Shown here piece by piece: positions 30,938 to 45,221 of a stretch of DNA of 64,000 nt. Each line of letters opens with the position of its first letter. Position 1 is the stretch's first letter. The position numbers and the translations under genes are program-made. The DNA comes from Basidiobolus meristosporus CBS 931.73 (Eukaryota; Fungi; Basidiobolomycota), in assembly GCA_002104905.1 (NCBI GenBank), contig MCFE01000341.1, positions 1-64,000 on the forward strand. Reading direction: 5' to 3'. The notes beneath the pieces were generated by a model. It was given only the letters and a program-made list of their open reading frames with translations, was not told where the DNA came from and did not search any database.

Positions 30938-33900
30938 TGTTGTAAGAGTCTTGGAGATATTGGAAGTGATTGGGAGAACAAGTAGATTATGAGGTTTTCA
31001 CTTAATGATTTATTGAATGTAAAAGTAGTATTTATACTTTTATCTGGTCTTGGCATTACAAACCCGTAGAATAGGTTAAGGAAGGTCCCAAGAACATGTG
31101 TGCAAAGTTTGGGGCTGTTTGGACACCTTTGAGAATTTTCATGTTCTGGGTACCTGGTATTTTGGTGAAAATATCCTAAGTAAATCCTGACAAGGAATTT
31201 GGTCAGTATTCTCTAGGATTTAAGGGTAATGTTCTAAGTGACTAAGTTAGGTGAATATTTAGGTGGAATTACAAATTTTACAACACTCCCACTCAGCTAA
31301 ATGTTCATACTGACTAGTCCTAATTTTGACCTAAGATATTCAAACTTGTCTCTAGCTAATGGTTTGGTAAATATGTCTGCAATCATTTCATCTGTATGAC
31401 AGTAAACTAAGCTAACTAAGTTATTCTCTATAGCTTCACGTATGAAATGATGTCTAATATCTATGTGCTTGGTTCTAGCATGAAAAGTTGGATTTCTACC
31501 TAATTGTATACATCCTTGATTATCTTGAAATAAAGTAATAGGCATTTTTTGACATAGGCCTAAGTCTGTAAGAAGTCTTCTTAACCACATTGCTTCTTTT
31601 GTAGCTTTACAGGCTGCCATATACTCTGCCTCTGTGGTGGAAAGTGCTACGGTTGGTTGCTTTCTTGAATTCCATGAAATTGCTCCTTTACAGTAAAGAA
31701 AGGTATATCCTGTGGTGGATCTTCTGTCTTCTAAATTTCGTCCCCAATCTGCATCAGAGTATCCCACAAGATCTTGTTCTGAGTCCTTATAAGTGTATCT
31801 TAAGCAAATATCAGCAGTTGCTTTTAGGTATCTAAAAATCCGCTTAACTGCTGCAATATGATCAGATCCATAGTTCTGATTATGTTGGCTGACAACTCCC
31901 ACTGAATATGAGATATCTGGACGTGTTCCAAGCATGATATACATCAGACTGCCAACCATAGATTGATAAGGAAAGTCAGGGCTTTCAGATGGCACCAAGC
32001 TCTCTTGATTTGGTTGAGTTTTGACCAAGTTAAGGTTTGTCTCCATTGAGGTAGCTGCCGGTTTACAGTCTTCCATTTTGTACTTCTTTAGTATATCTTG
32101 AATATACTTGGATTGGCTTAGGGTAATAGTCTGGGTACTTCTGTCTATGGAGAACTTAATCCCTAAGTAGTAACTAAGTTCTCCTAGATCGGACATCTTG
32201 AACTCCTTAGATAGGCTGGATTTAGTCTCTTCCAATGTTTCTTGGTTATTGGCGGCTATAATAAGATCATCCACATATAGAGCTAATAGAACTGGATTTG
32301 CTCTATCTGGCTTATAGTATATACTATAGTCAGCATTACTTCTTTTGAAACTCAAAGATTCCAAGTAAGAATCTATCTTGCAATTCCAGGCTCTTGGTGA
32401 TTGTTTGAGACCATATAGTGACTTTTTAAGCTTACAGACCAAATGGGGGTTATTTTGGTCAACAAACCCATCAGGCTGGTCCATATACACGTCCTCATCA
32501 AGTTCTCCATTCAAAATGCAGTTTTTACATCCATTTGATGAATAAAAAACTTATATTTTGCTGCAATAGCCAAAATTAATCTGATGGAATTAAACTTGGC
32601 TACCGGTGCAAAGGTCTCAGTATAGTCAAGTCCTTTTGTTTGAGAGTATCCTTTGGCTACAGGTCTTGCTTTGTATTTTTCAATTGTACCATCAGCCTTG
32701 TATTTTGTCTTGAAGACCCATCTGCATCCAATTGATTTTTGGTTGATTGGTAATTTGACTTAGTCCCAAGTTTGATTTTCCATTAGGGCCTGATATTCCT
32801 CAGTCATTGCAGATCTCCAAAACTTTGTCTGAGGGCTATTTACGGCCTCTTTTACAGTCTGGGGTTCATCAATATGGACTGAATAGGCATAGGCTAAGTT
32901 TATACCCTCATTGATATAGTAATTTGGGCTATTTCTTGTCCAATTTGATCTCCGGGCATTTGATACTGGAATGATCACTTCTGGAATATTCCAGGGCACT
33001 AATTCTGGCTGAACCACGGTTGTAGAGTCCTCTGGAGTGAAAAAATCTTCATTGTTTTGCTCTGATTCAATCCTGACAATTGGTGTACTTGAGATCAGAT
33101 TTTTGTCATCATCTGATGTCATTTTTTGTGAAAATTTTGAATTTTCATCAAACAACACATCCCTGGACTTGATCAGCTTCTTTGCTTTGGCATTGTAGAG
33201 TCTGTATGCCTTACTCTCATTGCAGTAGCCCAAAAATATGCATTTTACACTTTTTGGCTCAAATTTTGACTGATTTCTGGCCAGTTTTTTGGCATATGCT
33301 GTACACCCAAATATTCTTAGATGTTCTGCACTTGGTCTGTATCCATACCATGATTCAAATGGAGTAGAATACAAAGTATTCTGTTATAACTCCTATTTTT
33401 AAGGTATACAGCAGTGGCAACTGATTCTGCCCAAAAATCATAGGATAATTTTTGATCATGGATCATAGATCTTGCCATATCAATTATTGATCTGTTAGCT
33501 TGTTCTGCTAATCCATTTTGCTGTGGGGAGTATGGAACAGTAGTCTATTGCTTTATCCCATGAATTTTGCAGAAGTGGATGAAGAGTTTTGAGGAATATT
33601 CTCCACCATTGTCAGAGCGTATTTTCTTGATTTATTCACCAGTTTCTCTCTCCACCATGGCTTCAAGCTCCCTGAACTTAGACAGGGCTTCTTCCTTTCT
33701 CTCAATGAAGTAGACCCATGTGTATCTTGTATAATCATCAATAAAAGTGATTAAATACTTCATCCCGCCTAAGGATAAATTTTGCATAGGTCCTCACAGA
33801 TCTGAGTGAATTAGATCTAATTTTTTCTTAGCTTTGATTAACCCAGAGCTCTTGAATGGTTGTCTGGCTTGTTTCCCATATATGCAGGCTTCACAGTGCT

Positions 33901-35617
33901 CCAAATTAGCTGGGGGATCAATTTTCACTCCAGAAATTAGCTGATCTTTGATCATTTTGCACAAATAATCAAAATTGATGTGTCCAAATCTCCTGTGCCA
34001 AAGCATTGTTGTTTCTTCATTTAAGTTACTTATAATGGCTTTGAAATATGATGGAATATAAGTCAACTTGTATAGATTCTGATCTCTGATGCCCAAAGCA
34101 ATATGGGCACCATTTTGATCAGTGATCCTGCATCCAGAATTGTCAAAACTGAAACTGTGTCCTTCTGCTGTGGCCTAGCTTACAGAGAGTAGGTTCTTGG
34201 CTATTTCTGGTACATAGAGTACTTCTCTAAAGGTCAGTGTATGGCTTCCTTCACTGCTTCTAAGGTTTACTTGGATAGTTCCTTCTCCCACTGCATCAAG
34301 TGTTCTATTGTCACCCATGAAAACCTTCTTAATTGGAATTTCTTGATATTTGGTAAAAAGTTCTTTTTGGTGTGTAAAGTGTTGAGATGCTCCAGAGTCA
34401 ATATACCACGTCTGAGAATCCTTGTTTGTGGTCATATTTAGTGCAGATATGAATAGTCTATCTTTAGTTGTTGCAGCATTTCCATATTCAGGCTTCTTTT
34501 GCTGATTATCTTTCTTTTTGAGACACTGGTCTGATGTGTGTCCTTTCCTTTTGCAGTAGTTGCAAAATAGGTTGCTGTTGCCTTTTTAGGGTTTTGGGTA
34601 CCTCCTCTGATGGTTATCATTGCTATTAAAGCATTTTCTTCTTCCTTCTTATTGGCGCTTGATTTTCTTAATTCTTCATCCAGATGCCTTCCATATATGT
34701 AATTTAAGGTCAAATCTTCAGTTCTGGACTCTAGGGCTGATACAAGGCCCTGAAACCTGTCTGTCAGGCTATTCAGGATGGTAACTATCACATCCTCATC
34801 AGTAGTTGGTACACCCACAGATTCCATCTCATCTACCAGCAGGGTAATTCTGTTAATTAGATTTTTCATTTCTTCTCCTTGCAGCATCTTTGTAGTAAGG
34901 AATTTTTGTCTCAGGTACATCTTCTCGGCAGCTGAACATGACTGGTAGGTGTCTTCCAATGCGTTCCAGGCATTCTTTGCCGTTTTTGCTCTTGAGCATT
35001 GAATTAGCAATTTGTCCTTGACATTAAGGCAATTGCAGTTAAAGGCACTTTGTTCTTTCTTTGGGTACTTTAAGGCTTCCTCACCCACATTTTTAGGAGG
35101 GCATTCTTCTCCCATGAAAATATCCCAGAGGCCTCTTTCTTGTAGCAGCATCTTCATCTTCACCTTCCACACTTGGTAGTTAGATCCATCCAACTTTTCA
35201 GCAGAGGGAAAAATTCCAGGAATAGCAGTAGTAGACATTGCAGAGAGTGACAGCTTGGGGCTCATAACCAGTTGTAAGAGTCTTGGAGATATTGGAAGTG
35301 ATTGGGAGAACAAGTAGATTATGAGGTTTTCACTTAATGATTTATTGAATGTAAAAGTAGTATTTATACTTTTACCTGGTCTTGGCATTACTAACACGTA
35401 GAATAGATTAAGGAAGGTCCCAAGAACATGTGTGCAAAGTTTGGGGCTGTTTGGACACCTTTGAGAATTTTCATGTTCTGGGTACCTGGTATTTTGGTGA
35501 AAATATTCTAAGTAAATCCTGGCAAGGAATTTGGTCAGTATTCTCTAGGATTTAAGGGTAATGTTCTAAGTGACTAAGTTAGGTGAATATTTAGGTGGAA
35601 TTACAAATTTTACTACA
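30938..35617 (-). mobile_element. Copia element 1: full-length Ty1/copia retrotransposon (4680 bp), the youngest copy, with several ORF disruptions
   Basis: LTRs 30938-31285 and 35270-35617 (about 8 differences in 348 bp by eye); TSD TAAGT at 30933-30937 and 35618-35622; PPT TGAGTGGGAG at 31295-31286. Domain order gag (KLDGSNYQVW), protease (WYIDSGASQH), LWHRRFGH, integrase, RT (LKKSLYGLKQSPRAW, LYVDD), RNase H (GYSDADW, TKHIDIRHH) is copia order. Confidence 0.95.
35257..35269 (-). promoter_or_regulatory. Primer-binding site GGTTATGAGCCCC directly after the 5' LTR; contains the gag ATG
   Basis: Matches the Ty5-type PBS (GGTTATGAGCCC) complementary to the initiator tRNA-Met anticodon arm. Repeated at 39627-39639 and, mutated, at 44859-44871. 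Confidence 0.8.
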
Positions 35618-38600
35618 TAAGTTAAGTGAATATATAGGTGGAATTACAAATTCTTACAACACTCCAACTTGGCTAAATGTTCATAGTGACTAGTCCTAAT
35701 TTTGACCCAAGATATTCACACTTGTTTCTAACTAATGGTTTGGTAAATATGTCTGCAATCATTTTAGCTGAAGGACTGTAAACTAAGATAGCTAAGTTAG
35801 TCTCTATAGCTTTACAAATGAAATGATGTCTAATATCTATGTGCTTGGTTCTAGCATGAAAAGTTGGATTTCTACCTAAATGTGTACATCCTTGATTATC
35901 TTGAAATAAAGTAATAGGCATTTTTTGACATAGGTCTAGATCTGTAAAAAGCTTTGTTAGCCACATTGCTTCTTCTGTAGCTTCATAGGCTGCCATATAC
36001 TCTGCATCTGTGGTAGAAAGTGCTACGGTTGGTTGCTTTCATGAGTTCCATGAAATTGCCCCTTTACAGTAAAGAAAGGTGTATCCTGTGGTGGATCTTC
36101 TGTCTTCTAAATTTTGTCCCCAATCTGCATCAGAGTATCCCACAAGATCCTGTTCTGAATCCTTATAAGTGTATCTTAGCCAGATATCAGTAGTTCCTTT
36201 TAGGTATCTAAAAATCTGCTTAACTGCTGCAATATGATCAGATCCATAGTTCTGATTATGCTGGCTGACTACTCCCACTGAATATGAGATATCTGGACAT
36301 GATCCAAGCAGGATATACATCTGACTGCTGACTATAGGTTGATAAGAATAGTCAGGGCTTTCAGATGGCGCCAAGCTCTCTTGATTTGGTTGAGTTTTGA
36401 CAAAGTTAAGGTTTGTCTCCATTGGGGTGGCTGCTGGTTTACAGTCTTTCATTTGATACTTCTTTAGTATATCTTGAGTATACTTGGATTGACTTAGGGT
36501 GATAGTATGGGTACTTCTGTCTATGGAGAGCTTCATCATTAAGTAGTAACTGAGTTCTCCAAGATCAGACATCTTGAACTCTTTAGACAGGCTGGATTTA
36601 GTCTCTTCCAATGTTGCTAGATTATTGGTAGCTATAATAAAATCATCCACATATAGAGCTAATAGAGCTAGATTTGCCCTATCCAGCTTATAGTATATAC
36701 TATAGTCAGCATTACTCCTTTTGAAACTCAAAGATTCCAAATAAGAATCTATCTTGCAGTTCCAAACTCTCTGTGATTATTTGAGACCATATAGAGATTT
36801 TTAAGCTTGCAGACCAAATGGGGGTTGTGTTGGTCAACAAACCCATCAGGCTGGTCCATATACATGTTCTCATCAAGTTCTCCATTCAAAAACTCAGTTT
36901 TTACATCCATTTGATGAATAAACAACGTATCTTTGGCTGCAATAGCCAATATTTATCTGATGGTATCAAACTTGGCTACTGGTGCAAAGGTCTCAGTATA
37001 GTAGATTCCTTTTGTTTGAGAGTATCCTTTGGCTACAAGTCTTGCTTTGTATCTTTCAATTGTACAATCAGCCTTGTATTTTGTCTTAAAGAACCATCTG
37101 CATCAAATTGATTTTTGGCTGATTGGTAATTTGACTAAGTCCCAAGTTTGATTTTCCATCAGGGCCTGGTACTCCTCAGTTATTGCAGATCTCCAAACCT
37201 GGTCTGAGGGCTATTTAGGGCCTCTTTTACAGTCTGGGGCTCATCAATATGGACTGAATAGGCAAAGGCTAAGTTTGTACCCTCATTGATATAGTAATTT
37301 GGCTATTTCTTGTCCAATTGGATCTCCTGGCATTTGATAGTGGAATGATCACTTCTGCAATATTCCTGGATACTGACTCTGGGTGAATCACAACTACAGA
37401 GTCCTCTGGAATGAAAAAGCTTTCATTGTTTTGCTCTGATTCAATCCTGACTATTGCTGGACTTGAGATCAGTTTTTTGTCATCATCTGATGTTATTTTT
37501 TGTGAGAATTTTGATATTTCATCAAGCAAGCCATCCCTGGACTTGCTCAGCTTCTGTGCTTTGGTATTGTAGAGTCTGTTTGCTTTACTCTCATTGCAGT
37601 GGCCCAAAAATATGCATTTTACACTTTTGGCTCAAACTTTGATTGATATCTGGGCAGTTTCTTGGCACCTGCTATACAACCAGATATTCTTCAATATTCC
37701 GCACTTGGTCTCCATCCATACCTTGCTTCAAATGGAGTAGAATCACTAAGTATTGTGTTATTACTCCAATTATTAAGGTATACCGCTGTAGCAACTGATT
37801 CTGCCCAAAAATTATAGGATAATTTTTGATCAGGGATCAATGATCTTGACATATCAATTATTGATCTTTTTGCATGTTCTGCTACTCCATTTTGCTGTGG
37901 GGAGCATGGTACAGTAGTCTCTTGCTTTATCCCATGAAATCTGGACATTTGGATGAAGAGTTTCAGGTATATTTTTTACCATTATCAGAGTGTATTTTCT
38001 TGATTTTTTCACCAGTTTCTCTCTCCACCATGGCTTTAGGCCCCCTGAACTTAGACAGAGCTCCTTCCTTTCTCTCTAGAAGTAGACCTGCATGTATCTT
38101 GTATAATCATCAATAAAAGTAATTAAATACTTCATCCTGCCTAAGGATAAATTTTGCATAAGTCCACACATATCTGAGTGAATTAGATATAGTTTATTCT
38201 TAGCTTTGATTACCCAGAGCTCTTGAATTGTTGTAAGGCTTGTTTCACATATACTCAGGCTTCATGGTGCTCAAGATTAGCTGGGGGTTCAATATTTACT
38301 CCAGAAATTAGCTGATCGTTGATCATTTTGCACAAATAATCAAATTTGATATGCCCAAATCTCCCGGGCCAAAGCATTAATGCTTCTTTGTTTAAGTTAC
38401 TTTGTTGACTTCCAGATACAATGAAATACAAGACACCTTGTACAGATTATGATCTCTGATACCCAATGCCATATGGGCATCATTTTGATAAGTGATCCTG
38501 CATCCCAAATTGTCAAAGCAGAAACTGAGTTTTTCTGCTGTGGCCTTGCTTACTGATAGTAGGCAATTGGCTACTTCTGGTACATAGAGTACTTGCTTAA

Positions 38601-40125
38601 ATAACAGTGTATAGCTTCCTTTGCTGCTTCTTAGATTTACTTGGATAGTTCCTTCTCCCACTGCATTATATGTTCTATCATCACCCATGAAAACCATCTT
38701 AACTGGAATTTCTCAGTAATGGGTCCGCATTTCTTTTTGGTGTGTAATGTGTTAAGATGCTCCAGAGTCAATGTACCAAATCCAAGAATCCTTGTTTGTG
38801 GTCATATTTAGTGCAGATATGAGTTGTCTATCTTCAGTTGTTGCAGCTTTTCTATATTGAGGCTTCTTTTGCTAATTATCAATCTTTTTGCTACACTAGT
38901 CTGATGCATGTCCTTTCCTTTTGCAGTAGTTGCAAAACAGGTTGCTGTTGCCTTTGTAAGGTCTTGGGTGCCTCCTTTGTTGGTTAACATTGCTTATAAA
39001 ATCATTTTATTCTTTGTTCATATTGGCACTTGATTTCCTTACTTCTTGGTCCAGGAGCCTTCCATATATGTAATTTAAGGTCAAATCTTCAGTTCTGGAC
39101 TCTAGGGCTGATACAAGGCCCTAAAACCTGTCTGTCAGGCTATTCAGGATGGTAACTATCACATCCTCATCAATAGTTGGTACGCCCACAGATTCCATCT
39201 CATCTACTAGCTGGGTAATTCTGTTAATTAGATTTTTCATTTCTGCTCCTGGCAGCATCTTTGTGGTAAAGAATTTTTGCCTCAGATACATTTTCTTAGC
39301 AGTTGAACATGACTGGTAGGTGTCTTCTAATGCCTTCCAGGCATTCTTTGCCGTCATTGCTCTTGAGCATTGAATTGGCAATTTGTCTTTAACATTAGGC
39401 AAATGCAGTAAAAGGCACTTTGTTCTTTCTTTGGGTACTTTAAGGCTTCCTCTACCACATTTTTAGGAGGGCATTCTTCTCCCATGACAATATCCCAGAG
39501 GCCTCTTTCTTGTAGCAGCATCTTCATCTTCACCTTCCACACTTGGTAGTTAGATCCATCCAACTTTTCAGCAGAGGGAAAAATTCCAGTAATAGCAGTA
39601 GTAGACATTGCAGAGAGTGACAGCTTGGGGCTCATAACCAGTTGTAAGAGTCCTGGAGATATTGGAAGTGATTGGAAGAACAAGTTGATTATGTGGCGTT
39701 CACTTAATGATTTATTGAATGTAAAAGTAGAATTTATACTTTTACCTGGTCTTGGCCTTACAAGCATGTAGAATAGGCTAAAGAAGAACCCAAGGGCATG
39801 TGTGCAAAGCTTGGGGCTGTTTGGACAACTTTGAGAATTTTCATGTTCTGGGTACCTGGTATTTCGGTGAACATACTCCAAGTAAATCCCAACAAGGAAT
39901 TTGGTCAGTATTCTCTAGGATATGAAGGTATTGACCTAAGTGACCAAGTTAGGTGAATATTTAGGTGGAAATACAAACTTTTACAACAGTGTCAGCCCTA
40001 GTGCTCAGGGCTGAAGGTTTGAACTTAAATTATATATATGTATGACTCCTGGATGAAGTACAAAGAAAATCTAGCACCAATAAAAAGGAAGAAGTGCTCT
40101 AATAAGTGATGATAACCAAAAAAGT

Positions 40126-43100
40126 GTTGTAAGAGTCTTGGAGATATTGGAAGTGATTTAGGAGGGCAAGTAGATTTTGTAGTTTTCACTCAATGATTTA
40201 CTCAATGTAAAAGTAGTATTGATACCTTTGCATGCACTTAGCATTACAAACATCAAGAATGGGCTAAGAATGATTCCAAGACTATATGTGCAAAGTTTGG
40301 GGCTGCTTGGATAACTTTGAGAATATTCATGTTCTGGGTACCTGATATTTTGGTGAATATGTTCCAAGTAAATCCCACAAGTAGTTTGGTCAGAATTCTC
40401 AAGGATATGAATGTAACAATCCAAGTGACTAAGTTAAGTGAATATTTAGATGGGATTAAAAGTTCTTACAACACTCCAACTTGGCTAAGTGTTCATAGTA
40501 ACTAGTCCTAATTTTGACTCAAGATATTCACACTTGTTTCTAACTAATGGTTTGGTAAATATGTCTGCAATCATTTCATCTATAGGACAGTAAACTAAGC
40601 TAACTAAGTTATTCTCTATAGCTTCACGTATGAAATGATGTCTAATATCTATGTGCTTGGTTCTAGCATGAAAAGTTGGATTTCTACCTAATTGTATGCA
40701 TCCTTGATTATCTTGAAATCAAGTAATAGATGTTTTTTGACATAGGCCTAAATCTACAAAAAGGTTTCTTTACTGCATTGCTTTTTTTGTAGCCTAACAT
40801 GCTGCCATATACTCTGCATTTGTGGCGGGAAATGCCATGGCTGGTTGCTTTCTTGAATTCCATGAAATAGATCCTTGACAGTAAAGAAAGGTGTATCCTG
40901 TGGTTGATCTTCTGTCTTCTAAATTTGTCCCCATTCAGCATCAGAGTATCCCAAAAGATCCTGTTCTGAATCCTTATAAGTGTATCTTAGGCAGATATCA
41001 GCAGCTCCTTTTAGGTATCTAAAAATCCACTTAACTGCTACAATATGACCAGATCCATAGTTCTGATTATGCCGGCTGACAACACTCACCAAATATAAGA
41101 TATCTGGACATGCTCCAAGCAGGATATACATTTGACTGCTAAATATAGGTGGATAAAAAAAGTCAGGGCTTTCAGATGGCGCCAAGCTCTCTTGATTTGG
41201 TTGAGTTTTGACAAAGCTAAGGTTTGTCTCCATAGGGGTGGCTGCTGGTTTACAGTCTTTCATTTGATACTTCTTTAGTATATCTTGAATATACTTGGAT
41301 TGACTAAGGGTGAGAGTTTGGGTACTTCTGTCAATGGAGAGCTTCATCCCTAAGTAGTAACTGAGTTCTCCAAAATTGGACATCTTGAACTCTTTAGACA
41401 GGCTGGATTTAGTCTCTTCCAATGTTGCTAGATTATTGGTAGCTATAATAAAATCATCCACATATAGAGCTAATAGAACTGGATTTGCCCTATCTAGCTT
41501 ATATAATATACTATAGTCAGTATTACTCCTTTTGAAACTCAAAGATTCCAAACAAGAATCTATCTTGCAATTCCAAGCTCTCAGTGATTATTTAAGACCA
41601 TATAGAGATTTTTAAGCTTGCACACCAAATGGGGGTTATGTTGGTCAACAAACCCATCAGGCTGGTCTATATAGAAGTCCTCATCAAGCTCTCCATACAA
41701 AATGCAGCTTTCACATCCATTTGATGAATAAAAAACTTATATTTGGCTGCAATAGCCAATATTAATCTGATGGAATTAAACTTGGCTACCAGTGCAAAGG
41801 TCTCAGTATAGTCAAGTCCTTTTGTTTGAGAGTATTCTTTGGCCACAAGTCTTGCTTTGTATCTTTCAATTGAACCATCAGCCTTGTATTTTGTCTTAGA
41901 GAACCATCTGCATCAAATTGGTTTTTGGCTGATTGGTAATTTGACTTAGTCCCAAGTTTGATTTTCCATCAGGGCCTGGTATTCCTCAGTTATTGCAGAT
42001 CTCCAAAACTTTGTCTGAGGGCTATTTAGGGCCTCTTTTGCAGTCTGGGGCTTATCATTATGGACTGAATAGGCAAAGGCTAAGCTTGTACCCTCATTGA
42101 TATAGTAATTTGGGCTATTTCTTGTCCAATTTGATCTCCTGGCATTTGATAGTGGAATGATCACTTCTGCAGTATTCCTGGGTATGATTCAGGCTGAGCT
42201 ACAGTTGTAGAGGCCTCTGGAGTGGAAAAGATTTCATTGTTTTGCTCTGATTCAATCCTGACTGTTGCTGGACTTGAGATCATTTTTTTGTCATCATCTG
42301 ATGTCATTTTTTGTGAAAATTTTGAATTTTTATCAAGCAACCCACCCCTGGACTTGATCAGCTTCTTTGCTTTAGTATTGTAGAGTCTGTTTGCCTTACT
42401 CTCATTGGAGTGGCCCAAAAATATGCATTTTACACTTTTGGCTCAAACTTTGATTGATATCTGGGCAGTTTCTTTGCACCTGCTATCAAAACAAAGATTT
42501 TTCAATATTTTGTACATGGTCTGCATCCATACCTTGCTTCAAATGGAGTAGAATCACTAAGTATTGTGTTATTACTCCAATTTTCAAGGTATACAGCTGT
42601 AGCAACTGATTCTGCCCAAAAATTATAGGATAATTTTTGATCAGGGATCAATGATCTTGACATATCTATTATTGATCTTTTTGCATGTTCTGCTACTTCA
42701 TTTTGCTGTGGGGAGCATGGCACAGTAGTCTCTTGCTTCATCCCACAAATTCTGGAGATGTGGATGAAGAGTTTCAGGAATATTTTTTACCATTATCATA
42801 GTGTATTTTCTTGATTTTTTCACCAGTTTCTCTCTCCACCATGGCTTTAGGCCCCCTGAACTTAGACAGAGCTCCTTCTTTTCTCTCTAGAAGTAGACCT
42901 GTATGTATCTTGTATAATTGTCAATAAAAGAAACTGAATACTTCATCCTGCCTAAGGATATATTTTGCATAAGTCCGCACATATCTGTGTGAATTAGATA
43001 TAATTTATTCTTAGCTTTGATCACCCAGAGCTCTTGAATTGTTGTAAGGCTTGTTTCACATATACTCAGGCTTCACAGTGCTCAATATTAGCTGGGGGAT

Positions 43101-45221
43101 CAATTCTTACTCCAGAAATGAGCTGATCTTTGATCATTTTCACATATAATCAAAATTGATATACCCAAATCTCCCAGGCCAAAGCATTGGTGCTTCTTTG
43201 ATTAAGTTACTCTGTTGACTTCCAGAAATAATGGAATACAAGTCACCTTGTACAGATTCTGATCTCTGATGCCCAATGCAATATGGGCATCATTTTGATC
43301 AGTTATCCTGCATCCAGAATTGTCAAAGCAGAAACTAAGTTCTTCCGCTGTGGCCTTGCTTACTGATATTAGGCTATTGGCTATTTCTGATACATAGAGT
43401 ACTTGGTTAAATATCAGTGTATAGCTTCCTTTGCTGCTTCTTAAATTTACTTGGATAGTTCCTTCTCCCACTGCATCATGTGTTCTATCATCACCCTTGA
43501 GAACCTTCTTAACTGCAATTTCTTGGTAATGGGTGAGAAGTTCTTTTTGGTGTGTAATGAGTTGAGATGCTCCAGAGTCAATGTACCACATCCAAGAATC
43601 CTTGTTTGTGGTCATGCTTAGTGCAGATATGAGTTGTCTATCTTCAGTTGTTGCAGCATTTCCATATTCAGGCTTCTTTTGCTGATTATCACTCTTTTTG
43701 AGACACTGGTCTGATGTGTGTCCTTTCCTTTTGCAGTAGTTTTTGGCAGCATTATTGTAGTAAAGAATAGACTTGTTCCGTTGGATAGTGCCACATTGAG
43801 CCATGAGTGCCAAATGATGCCATAGTGTGCCAGAGAGGTAAAGTGATCCTCTACCTGGCCACAGAGTGTGAAACATAGCTCCGCATCTTCATGCAAAGCA
43901 GCCCCTGTGTTTCACCCATTGCGCAGGAGAAAATCCATTTTTTGACCTTTTTTTGTGGATCAATGTAGCTCAGGATGTGTAAGAGCACAGGAGAACTGAA
44001 GATATGCATCTGGTACTCAATACCCATGGCACTCTGAATCTAGCTCCTGTAGCTTGTATCATGTCACAAAAATGAATGGTACTATCTTGGTCCACTGGTA
44101 CTATCTGGCACTATATTTAAATATTAGCCCTAAAGTAAGATCTATACAAAGCACTTATAGTGCCAGATAGTACCAGTGGACCAAGATAGTGCCATTCATT
44201 TTTGTGACATGATGCAAGCTACAGGAGCTAGATTCAGAGTGCCATGGGTATTGAGTACCAGATGCATATCTTCAATCTGCTTGTGCTCTAACACATCCTG
44301 CACAACATTGATCCAAAAAAAAAGGTCAAAAAATGGATTTTCTCCAGCACAATGGGTGAAACACAGGGGCTGCTTTGCATGAAGATGCGGAGCTATGTTT
44401 CACACTCTGTGGCCAGGTAGAGGCTCACATGGCCTCTCTGGCACACTATGGCATCATTTGGCACTCATGGCTCAATGTGGCACTATCCAACGGAACAAGT
44501 CTAATATTTGTCTAAGATACATTTTCTTAGCAGCTGAACATGACTGGTAGGTGCATTTTAATGCCTTCCAGGCATTCTTTGGCATTTTTGCTCTTGAGCA
44601 TTGAATTAGAAGTATGTCTTTAACATTGAGGCAAATGCAGTTAAAGGCACTTTGTTCTTTCTTCTGGCACTTTAAGACTCTCTCTCCCATACTTTTAGAA
44701 GGGCATTCTTCTCCCATGACAATATCCCAAAGGCCTCTTTGTTGTAGCAGCATATTTATCTTCACCTTCCACACCTGGTAGTTAGATCTATCCAACTTTT
44801 CAGCAAAGGGAGAAATTCTACTAATAGCTGTAGTAGACACTGAAGAGAGTGACAGCTTGGGGTGCATAACCTGTTGTAAGAGTCCTGGAGATATTGGAAG
44901 TGATTTGGGAGAGCAAGTAGAATATGTGGCTGTCACTAAATAATTTATTGAATGTAAAAGTAGTACTAATATTTTTACATGGTCTTGGCAGTAAAAACAT
45001 GTAAAATAGGCTAAAGAAGGTCCCAAGACCATGTGTGCAAAGTTTGGGGGTGCTTGGACAATTTTCAGAATTTTCATGTTCTGGGTACCTGGTATTTTGG
45101 TGAAAATACTCCAAGTAAATTCCAACAAGGAATTTGGTCAGTATTCCCTAAGATTTGAAGGTAATAGTCAAAGTGACTAGGCTAGGTGAACAATTAGGTG
45201 CAATTACAAACTTTTAAAACA
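40126..45221 (-). mobile_element. Copia element 3 (degenerate, internal gag deletion, carries foldback Y1)
   Basis: LTRs 40126-40473 and 44872-45221; flanks AAAAG and CAAAG (near-TSD) within a + strand gag; RT, integrase and protease remnants at 40500-43700. Confidence 0.85.
43769..44502. mobile_element. Foldback/MITE-like element Y1, 734 bp
   Basis: Arms 43769-44115 and 44156-44502 (347 bp each) are near-perfect inverted repeats around a 40-bp spacer. Ends AGACTTG...CAAGTCT. 3-bp TSD AAT; the flanks rejoin into copia gag when compared with element 1. Confidence 0.92.

Larger units (their letters stand above)
30627..39988 (-). mobile_element. Copia element 2 (degenerate full length); its 3' LTR is split by element 1
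   Basis: 3' LTR = 30627-30937 + 35623-35660; 5' LTR 39640-39988; PBS 39627-39639. Fragmented gag, protease, integrase, RT and RNase H ORFs at 35673-39630 with many stops and frameshifts. Confidence 0.85.

Noticed and set aside
34438-35397. ORF-track gag start inside the LTR (similar at 39354-39881 and 44472-45128)
   Set aside because: Open-frame read-through from the LTR; the credible start is the ATG in the PBS (35265).
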